Source: Macrostomum lignano (Eukaryota). From it: a DNA stretch of 64,000 bases. The DNA is taken from the NCBI GenBank assembly GCA_002269645.1, contig NIVC01000681.1, forward strand, positions 32,469-96,468, read 5' to 3'. The translations under genes and the position numbers were made by a program. The notes beneath the pieces were generated by a model. The model did no database searches, was not told the DNA's origin, and saw only the letters and a program-made list of their open reading frames with translations. Positions 1 to 14,033 of this stretch are shown here, in pieces (the first letter of the stretch is position 1; each line of letters begins with the position of its first letter).

Positions 1-452
1 GAGATTGTTTAGGTGTGACATTGTTCAGGTGTAAGATTGTTCAGGTGTGACATTTTTCAGGTGTGAGGTTGTTCAGGTGTGAGATTGTTCTGGTGTGAGA
101 TTGTTCAGGTGTGAGGTTGTTCAGGTGTGAGATTGTTCAGGTGTGAGATTGTTCAGGTGTGAGATTGTTCAGGTGTGAGATTGTTCAGGTGTGAGATTGT
201 TCAGGTGTGAGATTGTTCAGGTGTGAGACTGTTCAGGTGTGAGATTGTTCAGGTGTGAGATTGTTCAGGTGTGAGATTGTTCAGGTGTGAGATTGTTCAG
301 GTGTGGGATTGTTCAGGTGTGAGATTTTTCAGGTGTGAGATTGTTCAGGTGTGAGATTGTTCAGGTGTAAGATTGTTCAGGTGTGAGATTGTTCAGGTGT
401 GAGATTGTTCAAGTGTGAGATTGTTCAGGTGTGAGATTGTTCAGGTGTGAGA
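1..452. repeat. 16-bp minisatellite (gagattgttcaggtgt)n, intronic
   Basis: Direct tandem copies from the window start; follows the donor of exon 629-501. Confidence 0.95.
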
Positions 453-500
453 TTTTCCTCTTATTTCTTCAGACAGGTACCAATCCAATAACCCACTTAC

Positions 501-3500
501 GACAAAGAACTCTTCTGTGTTTCACTTTTCGCTCGCATTTGCAGTTTCGCTTTCTGTAGGTCACCTTGGTAACCACCTTGGTGTTGTCAGATCTGCACTT
601 TGTCTCCGAAATAGAATTCTTTGGGCATTCTAGAAGGGAAACAAACTTGGATATATTTTTATCATGTACCATAGGCTTGTGTACCTGCAGAAATGTTAGC
701 TAGCAAACTTACTTGTGGCCTTTTTATCCACCTTTTTAGCCTTGATGCACTTTTGGCCTTTCAGCTTCTGGGTGACCGTCACCGTGATTAGCACATTACG
801 GCGGCACTTCACAGTTCGAGCGGGTTTGGGGCAAGCTGGAGAGGGGTTGTTTTGGAACATAGACACTTGAGTACATGCGCACGACCTCAAAGGGTCTGAT
901 AGCCCGCCACCCCAAAATCAACCCTCAACCCCACGGGGGTATGATAGTCCGCAAACCAACCACTCTCAACCCCACGGGGGGTCTGATACATGTAGCCCGC
1001 CACCCCAGAATCAACCCTCAACCCCACGGGGGGTATGATAGCCCGCCACCCCACCACTCTCAACCCCACGGGGGGTCTGATACATGTAGCCCGCCACCCC
1101 AGAATCAACCCTCAACCCCACGGGGGGTATGATAGCCCGCCACCCCACCACTCTCAACCCCACGGGGGGTCTGATACATGTAGCCCGCCACCCCAGAATC
1201 AACCCTCAACCCCACGGGGGGTATGATAGCCCGCCACCCCACCACTCTCAACCCCACGGGGGGTCTGATACATGTAGCTTGCCACCCCAGAATCAACCCT
1301 CAACCCCACGGGGGGTATGATAGCCCGCCACCCCACCACTCTCAACCCCACGGGGGGTCTGATACATGTAGCCCGCCACCCCAGAATCAACCCTCAACCC
1401 CACGGGGGGTATGATAGCCCGCCACCCCACCACTCTCAACCCCACGGGGGTCTGATACATGTAGCCCGCCACCCCAGAATCAACCCTCAACCCCACGGGG
1501 GTATGATAGCCCGCCACCCCACCAATCTCAACCCCACGGGGGGTCTGATACATGTAGCCCGCCACCCCAGAATCAACCCTCAACCCCACGGGGGGTATGA
1601 TAGTCCGCAAACCAACCACCCTCAACCCCACGGGGGGTATGATAGCCCGCCACCCCACCACTCTCAACCCCACGGGGGGTCTGATACATGTAGCCCGCCA
1701 CCCCAGAATCAACCCTCAACCCCACGGGGGGTCTGATAGCCCGCCACCCCACCACTTTCAACCCCACGGGGGTCTGATAGCCCGCCACCCCACCACTTTC
1801 AACCCCACGGTGGGTCTGATAGCCCGCCAGCCCCAGCCCTCACCGCATCTCCTCTTCATTTTGACTTTCTTGACCAAACAGGCGTATCGGTTCTGCGGCG
1901 GTGGCAGCAGCACAACCCGACCAATGGTGAGCTCCGTAGTCTGAAATCCAGTCTCTTTATTGCAGGGTCCCGCCTTGAGCGGCGCCATGACTGGCCGGCA
2001 CATTTTTTTCTGCTTTGTCTCGGCGGGACATTTTGTTTTTTTATCGCAACGGTTTTTTTCGCGATTCAACCGATAAACTGTGGTGCACTTTCGATTCCAT
2101 TTAAGCTTGGGATCCGGTTTCAGCTCTACTTTGGTTTTCGGGCAGCCTGCGGAAGGGATAGCAAAGATATTGAGAATCTGACATTAGGGACATTAGGACA
2201 GTAAGCCCTCATATTTAAAAAGGTATAAAATTTCATAAATCTTCCATATTTCAGAAAACCCCCACATTTCATAAATCTCCCATATTTCATAAATCTCCCA
2301 TATTTCATAAATCTCCCATATCTCAGAAATCTCCCATATTTCGGAAAATCTCCCATATTTCAGAAATCTTCCATAATTCATACATCTCCCTCATTTCAGA
2401 AATCTCCTATATGTCATAGATTTCCCATTTATAGATTTCCTTTTTCATAGCTTTCAAATATTTCATAGATTTCCCATATTTCATAGATTTCCCATATTCC
2501 ATAAATCTCCCATATTTCAAAAATGGCCCATATTTCATAACATTCCATATTTCATAAAGATCCCATATTCCATAAATCTCCCATATTTCAAAAATGGCCC
2601 ATATTTCATAAACATTCCATATTTCATAAAGATCCCATATTTCATAAATCTCCCATATTTCAAAAATGGCCCATATTTCATAAACATTCCATATTTCATA
2701 AAGATCCCATATTTCATAAATCTCCCATATTTCGGAAATCTCCCACATTTCATAAATCTCCCATATTTCGGAAATCTCCCACTATTTTAAGAACTCAGTA
2801 AAATTTTATTACGACAAATCACTCGACGCTTCTTGTGCTTTTTCACGCAGGCGCAGCTGACCAGCTTGTGATAGGTGAGGGTCACGGTCTGGTAGCCCCG
2901 CTTGCCGCAAGCCGATTTGTGCTCGCTTCTGTTCTCGTCACATTCTGTTTGAAAGAAAATAAGACTAATTAGATAACGAGGCATTCGACTTTAAAATGGC
3001 GCAGTTTTCAAGCTAATTTCAAGCCCGTGGAAACTCACTGATTGGAACGTTGGTAGTTTTGACAGTTTTTTTGCAGCGCTCGGCGCCTTCGGTGAATCGG
3101 TAGTCTCGGATCACGAAGCGTTTCTTCTTGTTTTCGCAACGCTTCGTGCGATAGTTTAATAAGTGGCAGGCTGAAATGATTTTTTTAGTTATGAATGCGG
3201 CTTCATGGTTGCCAAGGAAGGCGCTATAAACACCCCATATTATATTGTGTTGTGTTAAGAAAAGATGCTGTTTGCTAAGGGAACTAGAATCTTGTTGCTA
3301 GGGGAGGCCATACTGTTGCTAAGGCAAAAACGCCATGGTTCTAAGGTAACGACATTGTTGCTAAGGGAAAATTAGACTGTTGCTAAGGAGACACAACACT
3401 GTTGCTAAGAGAAAATCAGAATGTTGGTAAGGAGACACAACACTGTTGCTAAGGGAAAATCAGATTGTTGCTAAGGAGACACAACACTGTTGCTAAGAGA

Positions 3501-6500
3501 AAATCAGATTGTTGCTAAGGAGACACAACACTGTTGCTAAGAGAAAATCAGACTGTTGCTAAGGAGACACAACACTGTTGCTAAGAGAAAATCAGAATGT
3601 TGCTAAGGAGACACAACACTGTTGCTAAGGGAAAAACAGATTGTTGCTAAGGAGACACAACACTGTTGCTAAGAGAAAATCAGAATGTTGCTAAGGAGAC
3701 ACAACACTGTTGCTAAGAGAAAATCAGACTGTTGCTAAGGAGACACCACACTGTTGCTAAGGGAAAATCAGATTGTTGCTAAGGAGACACAACACTGTTG
3801 CTAAGGGAAAAACAGATTGTTGCTAAGGAGACACAACACTGTTGCTAAGAGAAAATCAGACTGTTGCTAAGGAGACACAACACTGTTGCTAAGGGAAAAT
3901 CAGATTGTTGCTAAGGAGACACAACACTGTTGCTAAGAGAAAATCAGACTGTTGCTAAGGAGACACCACACTGTTGCTAAGGGAAAATCAGAATGTTGCT
4001 AAGGAGACACAACACTGTTGCTAAGGGAAAATCAGATTGTTGCTAAGGAGACACAACACTGTTGCTAAGGGAAAAACAGATTGTTGCTAAGGAGACACAA
4101 CACTGTTGCTAAGGGAAAATCAGATTGTTGCTAAGGAGACACAACACTGTTGCTAAGAGAAAATCAGACTGTTGCTAAGGAGACACAACACTGTTGCTAA
4201 GAGAAAATCAGACTGTTGCTAAGGAGACACAACACTGTTGCTAAGAGAAAATCAGACTGTTGCTAAGGAGACACAACACTGTTGCTAAGGGAAAAACAGA
4301 TTGTTGCTAAGGAGACACAACACTGTTGCTAAGAGAAAATCAGAATGTTGCTAAGGAGACACAACACTGTTGCTAAGAGAAAATCAGACTGTTGCTAAGG
4401 AGACACCACACTGTTGCTAAGGGAAAATCAGATTGTTGCTAAGGAGACACAACACTGTTGCTAAGGGAAAAACAGATTGTTGCTAAGGAGACACAACACT
4501 GTTGCTAAGAGAAAATCAGACTGTTGCTAAGGAGACACAACACTGTTGCTAAGGGAAAATCAGATTGTTGCTAAGGAGACACAACACTGTTGCTAAGAGA
4601 AAATCAGACTGTTGCTAAGGAGACACAACACTGTTGCTAAGGGAAAATCAGATTGTTGCTAAGGAGACAACACACTGTTGCTAAGGGAAAATCAGATTGT
4701 TGCTAAGGAGACACAACACTGTTGCTAAGAGAAAATCAGACTGTTGCTAAGGAGACACAACACTGTTGCTAAGAGAAAATCAGACTGTTGCTAAGGAGAC
4801 ACAACACTGTTGCTAAGGGAAAATCAGATTGTTGCTAAGGAGACAACACACTGTTGCTAAGGAGACATGAGGATATTAAATTTTGTATCACGCAGCAATT
4901 TTACAGCGTAGCAACAATCTCAAACTCACCGCAAGGAATCTTTTTAACTCGAGTTCGTTTGACGCATCTGCAATTCCGGGTCTGGTGCTTCACGAACGTG
5001 ATCAGGCGCTGGCCAGCCGACCGGCCTTTCCGTGCGCCCCGGCATCGGCCGTAGATTGGGGTTTCCTCCTCCAGGCAGTCTGCAAAGTGTACAGTCAGGA
5101 ACTACTTTGCGGCTGTTTGGGGAGGACAGATGACCCTATTATTGGGGAGGTCAGCTGCCCCCTGCTCAGAGTAGAGTAGAGTAGAGGAGGTCAGCTGTCC
5201 CCTACTCAGAGTAGAGTAGAGTAAAAGTAGAGGTCATCTGCCCCCTACTCAGAGTAAAGTAGAGTAGAGTAGAGAAGGTCAGCTGTCCCCTGATCAAAAA
5301 GGGAGATTATCTTAATCCAAATTAAACAAACGTCGAGAGACAGACAGCTCGCATGACTCACAGACAGGTGTCCGTTGAAAGCTGACCGACCGCTTGCAAA
5401 CACCACGAATGAGAAGGTGCGACACTTTGACAATTTCCAAAGATCGATGCTTTACACACTTACGCCGTTTGGTAGGCTTTGGACATCCTAAAATGTGTTT
5501 TTTTCATTTATAAAAAGTTTAAATTGGTTTGTTAGAATTGAGATCATTGGTGAATAGCGGCAGATTTAAAACACCAGATATGTTTCAGCTATGGTTTTGC
5601 GGCATATCAAAAGAGCTGAAGGTGGCGGCACATCAAAAGAGAAGGAAGCGCGAAGGTGGCGGCACATCAAAGAGAAGGAAGCGAAGGTGGCGGCACATCA
5701 AAATAGAAGGAAGCGAAGGTGGCGGCACATCAAAGAGAAGGAAGCGAAGGTGGCGGCACATCAAAGAGAAGGAAGCGAAGGTGGCGGCACATCAAAGAGA
5801 AGGAAGCGAAGGTGGCGGCACATCAAAAGAGAAGGAAGCGAAGGTGGCGGCACATCAAAGAGAAGGAAGCGAAGGTGGCGGCACATCAAAATAGAAGGAA
5901 GCGAAGGTGGCGGCACATCAAAGAGAAGGAAGCGAAGGTGGCGGCACATCAAAGAGAAGGAAGCGAAGGTGGCGGCACATCAAAGAGAAGGAAGCGAAGG
6001 TGGCGGCACATCAAAAGAGAAGGAAGAGAAGGTGGCGGCACATCAAAGAGAAGGAAGCGAAGGTGGCGGCACATCAAAAGAGAAGGAAGCGAAGGTGGCG
6101 GCACATCAAAGAGAAGGAAGCAAAGGTGGCGGCACATCAAAAGAGAAGGAAGAGAAGGTGGCGGCACATCAAAGAGAAGGAAGCGAAGGTGGCGGCACAT
6201 CAAAGAGAAGGAAGCGAAGGTGGCGGCACATCAAAGATAAGGAAGCGAAGGTGGCGGCACATCAAAGAGAAGGAAGCGAAGGTGGCGGCACATCAAAGAG
6301 AAGGAAGCGAAGGTGGTGGCACATCAAAGATAAGAAAGCGAAGGTGGCGGCACATCAAAGAGAAGGAAGCAAAGGTGGCGGCACATCAAAGATAAGAAAG
6401 CGAAGGTGGCGGCACATCAAAGAGAAGGAAGCGAAGGTGGTGGCACATTAAAGATAAGAAAGCGAAGGTGGCGGCACATCAAAGAGAAGGAAGCGAAGGT

Positions 6501-9500
6501 GGCGGCACATCAAAGATAAGAAAGCGAAGGTGGCGGCACATCAAAGAAGAATAACGACATATTTTACAGATACAAGAAAAAAGCTGTTTTTTTCAGAAAT
6601 TACCAATGCTACTACTGAAATCCCAAAGTTTAAATCCCCACGCTTACGGCAGCGAAGCCGAAGCCGTTTGACCCGCTGGTGGCAGACGCATTTGCGCAGG
6701 CTGTGGTGCACCCAGGTGTCCACCCGGCTCCCGTCGGATCCGCAGCGGCCCCGGCGGTACAGCGGCTTGCTGGGGCACTCTGCAGTAGCGTTGAGGGAAA
6801 AGGGGTTGCGCTGAATTCGTGGGCTGGAGGAGAGGATGAAGCGAATGAAGATGGAGGGAGGCAGTGGGAGACAGAGAGAGTTGGAGGGAGAGAGGAGGAA
6901 GGGATATAGGCAGGTAAGAGGGAGGTATGGAGAGGGGAGAGAGGGAGAGAGGGAGAGGGGAGAGAGGGAGAGGGGGAGAGAGGGAGAGAGGGGAGAGGGG
7001 AAGAGAGGGAGAGGGAAAGAGAGGGAGAGAGGGAGAGAGGGAGAGAGGGAGAGAGTAAAGAGAGGGAGAGGGGGAGAGACGGAGAGTGGGAGAGAGGGAG
7101 AGAGTAAAGAGAGGGAGAGGGGGAGAGAGGGAGAGTGGGAGAGAGTAAAGAGAGGGAGAGGGGGAGAGAGGGAGAGTGGGAGAGAGGGAGAGAGGGAGAG
7201 AGTAAAGAGAGGGAGAGAGGGAGAGTGGGAGAGAGTAAAGAGAGGGAGAGGGGAGAGAGGGAGAGAGGGAGAGAGGGAGAGTGGGAGAGAGGGAGAGAGG
7301 GAGAGAGTAAAGAGAGGGAGAGAGGGAGAGAGGGAGAGAGTAAAGAGAGGGAGAGGGGGAGAGAGGGAGAGAGTAAAGAGAGGGAGAGGGGGACAGAGGG
7401 AGAGTGGGAGAGAGGGAGAGAGGGAGAGAGGGAGAGGGGGAGAGGGAGAGGGGGAGAGGGAGAGGGGGAGAGGGAGGCAGACACAGCAGAAGCATCCCTC
7501 ACTATTCGGTATGACTTTCTCGTCCTCCTCAGCCAGACACAGTCCGTCAACCAGCTTGTACTTGGTTGAGTAGATGGTCTCGACCTGATCAGCTGAGCAC
7601 ACCCGTCTGTGCACCGGCCTTGGACAGCCGCAGACCTCTTTGGTCCGTTTGACCACCGATTTGCACTTGCAGTTGCGCCTGCGAGTCTCTCGAGTAGTCA
7701 CTATGCGTTGCTTCTTGGTGCACTTGCCACGCTTCACCTCAAATTTCCTGGGACAGTCTGGAATGAGTAGGAGTAGATTGGCGCTGACATGGGTGACTCA
7801 GATGACTCAGGTGACACTGAATTGGGTGACTCAGGTGACTCAGGTGACACTGAATTGGGTGACTCAGGTGACACTGAATTGGGTGACTCAGGTGACACTG
7901 AATTGGGTGACTCAGGTGACACTGAATTGGGTGACTCAGGTGACACTGAATTGGGTGACTCAGGTGACACTGAATTGGGTGACTCGGGTGACACTGAAAT
8001 GGGTGAATCAGGTGACACTGAATTGGGTGACTCAGGTGACACTGAAATGGGTGACTCAGGTGACACTGAAATGGGTGACTCGGGTGACACTGAAATGGGT
8101 GACTCAGGTGACACTGAATTGGGTGACTCAGGTGACTCAGGTGACACTGAATTGGGTGACTCAGGTGACACTGAAATGGGTGACTCAGGTGACACTGAAA
8201 TGGGTGACTCAGGTGACACTGAAATGGGTGACTCAGGTGACACTGAATTGGGTGACTCAGGTGACACTGAATTGGGTGACTCAGGTGACTCAGGTGACAC
8301 TGAATTGGGTGACTCAGGTGACACTGAAATGGGTGACTCAGGTGACACTGAAATGGGTGACTCAGGTGACACTGAATTGGGTGACTCAGGTGACACTGAA
8401 ATGGGTGACTCAGGTGACACTGAATTGGGTGACTCAGGTGACACTGAATTGGGTGACTCGGGTGACACTGAATTGGGTGACTCAGGTGACACTGAATTGG
8501 GTGACTCAGGTGACACTGAAATGGGTGACTCAAACCATCATATTAAGCGCATGACAGCAGCTCAACTTACGAACTCTTCGAGTAATTTTGCACAAGTGCC
8601 CGATGCACTGGCCGTCTTTCATTTCGTATTTTTTCTCTAGCTTAACAAGGACTCCACGAATGCACCGGGTCTTTGTGCGGTTCTTTGGGCAGGCTGAAAT
8701 TCGATGAAGTAATCGATTGAATTCTGTTTTAATAACATATTTAGAGTCAATCACTTCCTACTAATCCAAAGATTTTTATAGTTTCTATGAATTCCTAATG
8801 ATTTCCATTTAGTTTTCAATAATTTTCCATGTAGTTTCCATTGGTTTCCATTTAGTTCCCATTGGTTTCCATTTAGTTCCCATTGGTTTCAATTTAGTTC
8901 CCATTGGTTTCCATTTAGTCCCCATTGGTTTCAATTTAGTTCCCATTGGTTTCCATGTAGTTCCCAGTGGTTTCCATTTAGCTCCCATTGGTTTCCATTT
9001 AGCTCCCATCGGTTTCCCTTTAGTGATCAAAAAGAAAAGGAAAACTAAAAACAACAAAATAGAAATACAGTTAATTTTATAGCATGCTACTCATAATAAG
9101 TAGGTCTTACCGCATCGCACCTGCCGGTTGTAGACGCGTTTCAAGCATTTGCAGTTGTAAGGATAATAATTAACGTAGGTCTTCGTGCGCCATCCTTTTA
9201 CGCAATCCGAGGATTTCACTGTGTTTTCGCCACACTCTGTAGTGGTGAAAAAAGTAGGCAACAAAAAAACACTTTTTACTTTTAAAAATGTAAGTTGAGA
9301 AATGTAAATTATTGCTCACTGATTCGTACAACAGAAGTGGTTCGCTTCAGGAGGCACCTGCCATCAACCAGGTGTTGCACATATCGATGCTTATAAACTC
9401 GATTGCCGCGGCATTCATGCTCGATTCGAGATTTTTCGCAACCTGAAATCGATTGTTTTTGAAAAACAATAAATACTACTATTAGTAGGAAAAAGTAGCA

Positions 9501-12500
9501 AGAATTTTTATTTCGTTACAAAGCTTTTTTAAATACGAAAATATTTAAACTCAAAAAATTACCCAATACTACTAAGAATAGATCAAAAAGGTTGAAAAAA
9601 TAGAATAACTATTACTATCGAATACTACTATAAGTAGATAAAAGCAGCAAAAAAGATAACGAAATACTAAATATCTGAATAGGTGGGATATTTCAGCGAC
9701 AGCTGATCCGAATCCATCGAGAGTTTTTATAGTCATTCCCCAGGGTGCACAGCGTTGATTATGTGAAATGGAAATTTTCCGTAAACAAAATCTAACCCGG
9801 CTATAGTGCCTTAACTCCATGCTATATTATTTTCCCTAAGAATCGCTACCATGAGTAGCTAAAATCGAAAGACGTACGGCACCGCTCCCGATGCGAAGTC
9901 ACCCTGGTAACGCAGACGCAGTCGCGAGCCTCTTCAACGAGCTGTCGAACAACTCGATAGCCGTCAGATTGACAGCGAGACACCCGCCTGTGCAGCTTGC
10001 CCCGGCACTCTGCGATGGTGGTAGATTAAAGCTAGCTAGAAAGTAATAAAAAAGTACAAATACTAGCTGAGTTCTAGTTTGTAGTAGCTTACTAATTGGT
10101 TTCTTGCGTACAGCGACGCTGCGCTTGCAGGCGGACTTGGCGCCGTCCATTTTGTGGGTGACGGCTTTCACAATCCAGACATTGTCGTCGCACTTCTCGG
10201 TTGTGTAGTCCTTGCCGCAGCCTGGCGTTGTTATTGCTTATTTAAATAGTTAAGGCCGAATATTTTTAAGTAGAAAACTATTGACTAACCAGTCAAACAC
10301 GCCACCCCACTCTGCCCCGCTCAACAGCCACCCCACTTCCTGCCCTATTTAACACCCACCCCACTCCATGCCCCATTTAACACCCACCCCACTCCCTGCC
10401 CCATTTAACACTCACCCACTCCATGCCCCATTTAACACCCACCCCACTCCCTGCCCCATTTAACACTCACTCACTCCATGCCTCATTTAACACCCACCCC
10501 ATTCCCTGGCATGTTCAACACCAACCTACTCTCTGCCCAAAAGTGCGCCAACTCACCGCACTTCTCGTAGGTGATCCGCCTCCGCTTAACGCACTCGCAG
10601 CCCCGTCTCTCCTGATTGTACAAAATCACCCGACGGTAGCCGTTGAAAGCGCACGAACTTTTCACCGGCCGATACTTTTTGTTGCAGACTAAATATGGTA
10701 CAGCATGGGGGATACTTTCAATGCTAAGAAAGGTAGGTAAAACAGGTGAAATATAAAGGTCACTCACCAATTGGCTTCTTAGTGACCTTGACCTTCTCCT
10801 TGCAGCGCCCGCCTCGAAGTTGAAACCTACGAACCATGGAGTGCAGAACGCTACCCCGGCAGTAGCTGTTGCGCTGCGGCTTCGGACAGCCTGTTTCCAT
10901 TGACACCGCAAAATCGATATCATTTCTAAGCCCTAATAAAAGTACAAGTTACTAATGAAAAACTCACAGCACTTGACAGTTCGCTTTTTAACGGGTCTGA
11001 CGCAACGACAATTGCGAACTTCCGCCCAGGTTTCAGTCACCGTCTGGCTGCAGTCCGCTCTGCAGCTTGATCGCGACTTCACTCGGTTCTTTGGGCAAGC
11101 TGGGTTGGATTGCGATGCTTATACTAGTTACTCCGTATGTCTTAGCTTACAGTACACTGCCCGCTTCAACTACATGTATGCACCACTGTCACTTGCTATT
11201 CTGCGCCTACCTCACTTCCTGCCCCTCATCTACACCCACCTCACTTCCTGCCCCTCATCTACACCCACCTCACTCCCTGGCCCTATCCTGTACCTGTACC
11301 CACCTCACTCCCTGCCCTATTCTGTACCTGTACCCACCTCACTCCCTGCCCTATTCTGTACCTGTACCCACCTCACCCCCTGCCCTATTCTGTACCTGTA
11401 CCAACCTCACTCCCTGCTCTATTCTGTACCTGTACCAACCTCACTCCCTGCTCTTTTCTGTATCTGTACCCACTTCACTCCCTGTCTTTCCTCTGCACCC
11501 ACCTCACTCCCTCCCCCTCATTTGCGCCCACTTCACTCCCTGCCCCTCATTTGCGCCCACCTCACTCCCTGCCTCTTTTCTGCACCCACCTCACTCCCTG
11601 CCTCTTTTCTGCACCCACCTCACTCCCTGCCGGTTTTCTGCACCCACATCACTCCCTATCCCTATTCTGCACCCACATCACTCCCTATCCCTATTCTGCA
11701 CCCACATCACTCCCTATCCCTATTCTGCACCCACATCTCTCCCTATCCCTATTCTGCACCCACATAACTCCCTATCCCTATTCTGCACCCACATCACTCC
11801 CTATCCCTATTCTGCACCCACATCACTCCCTATCCCTATTCTGCACCCACATCACTCCCTATCCCTATTCTGCACCCACATCACTCCCTATCCCTATTCT
11901 GCACCCACATCTCTCCCTATCCCTATTCTGCACCCACATAACTCCCTATCCCTATTCTGCAGCCACATAACTCCCTATCCCTATCCTGCATCCACGTCCC
12001 TCCCTATCCCTATCCTGCATCCACATCACTCCCTATCTCTTTTCTGCACCCACCTCACTCCCTGCCTATCTTCTACACCCACCTCACTCCTTGCCCCCCA
12101 TTTGCACCCACCTCACACATTGTCCCTTCTCTGCACCCACCTCACTCCTTACTCAAAAAGCATAATAAAACTCACATATGGGAATTCGCTTAACTTTAGT
12201 CTCAACTTTGCAAGAGTTTCGCTTCAGCCGGTAAACAGTGCTAATACGCATTTTCACATTGCCGTCGCACCTGGTTCGCACCTTCGTCTTCGGACAGGCT
12301 GAAGTGTGAAGAGTTTTCGAGTAACTAATGCACAACATGAGCTAGAGTCAGAGTCAGGCACAACCGTGAGCGGACTCACCGCAGCGAACTCGGACACGTT
12401 TTCTAGTAGTCCGACACCGGCAATTCCTGTAGGTGGTGCGCAGCTCAGTGACTGTCATGAACAGACCCCGACAGGTGCCGGGTTTCTTGCGCACTCCAAC

Positions 12501-12676
12501 GGTGCAGTCGGGCTTCAATGCTACCTGCTTTGTGTAGGCTGTGCACGCGAAATTCACTACCTTCTCGCCAGACTCAATCCGATACAGACTGTTATCGATG
12601 CAGCGGGTGCGTTGGGTTGCCGGCTTGCACTCTGGGATTGATTGATTGATTGACTGATTCGATTGACTGATTGATA

Positions 12677-12711
<35 letters not shown>

Positions 12712-12740
12712 TGATTGATTGATTAGTTTGATTAATTGAC

Positions 12741-12799
<59 letters not shown>

Positions 12800-12824
12800 T
12801 TAATTAAATGGTTGATTGGTTGAC

Positions 12825-12863
<39 letters not shown>

Positions 12864-12901
12864 TTAATTAAATGGTTGATTGGTTGACTGATTGATTGAT
12901 A

Positions 12902-12969
<68 letters not shown>

Positions 12970-13126
12970 ATAGATTATTAGATTGATTGATTAGTTTGAT
13001 TAATTGATTGATTAATTGATTGATTGATTATTCGATTGATTGATTTGATTGATTGATTAGTTTGATTAATTGACTGATTGATTGATTGATTGACTGATTG
13101 ATTGATTAATTGATTGGTTGATTGAT

Positions 13127-13203
<77 letters not shown>

Positions 13204-13204
13204 C

Positions 13205-13253
<49 letters not shown>

Positions 13254-13276
13254 CTGATTCGATTGACTGATTGATA

Positions 13277-13315
<39 letters not shown>

Positions 13316-13344
13316 TGATTGATTGATTAGTTTGATTAATTGAC

Positions 13345-13405
<61 letters not shown>

Positions 13406-13428
13406 AATTAAATGGTTGATTGGTTGAC

Positions 13429-13467
<39 letters not shown>

Positions 13468-13505
13468 TTAATTAAATGGTTGATTGGTTGACTGATTGAT
13501 TGATA

Positions 13506-13573
<68 letters not shown>

Positions 13574-13724
13574 ATAGATTATTAGATTGATTGATTAGTT
13601 TGATTAATTGATTGATTGATTATTCGATTGATTGATTTGATTGATTGATTAGTTTGATTAATTGACTGATTGATTGATTGATTGACTGATTGATTGATTA
13701 ATTGATTGGTTGATTGATCGATTG

Positions 13725-13779
<55 letters not shown>

Positions 13780-13780
13780 C

Positions 13781-13839
<59 letters not shown>

Positions 13840-13938
13840 ATTCGATTGATTTGATTGATTGATTAGTTTGATTAATTGACTGATTGATTGATTGGTTGAT
13901 TGATTGATTGATTAATTGATTGGTTGATTGATCGATTG

Positions 13939-14033
<95 letters not shown>

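Noticed and set aside
875-1944. Multiple ORFs with repeated PQPHGG / PPVGLRV peptides
   Set aside because: Translations of a 94-bp array lying inside an intron of the minus-strand gene; open in several frames on both strands.
5529-8640. Long R/E/K-rich, SLSP-rich, VTQVTLNW and GDSGDTEL ORFs
   Set aside because: All derive from intronic tandem or GA-rich repeats; only the short Cys-module segments are real exons.
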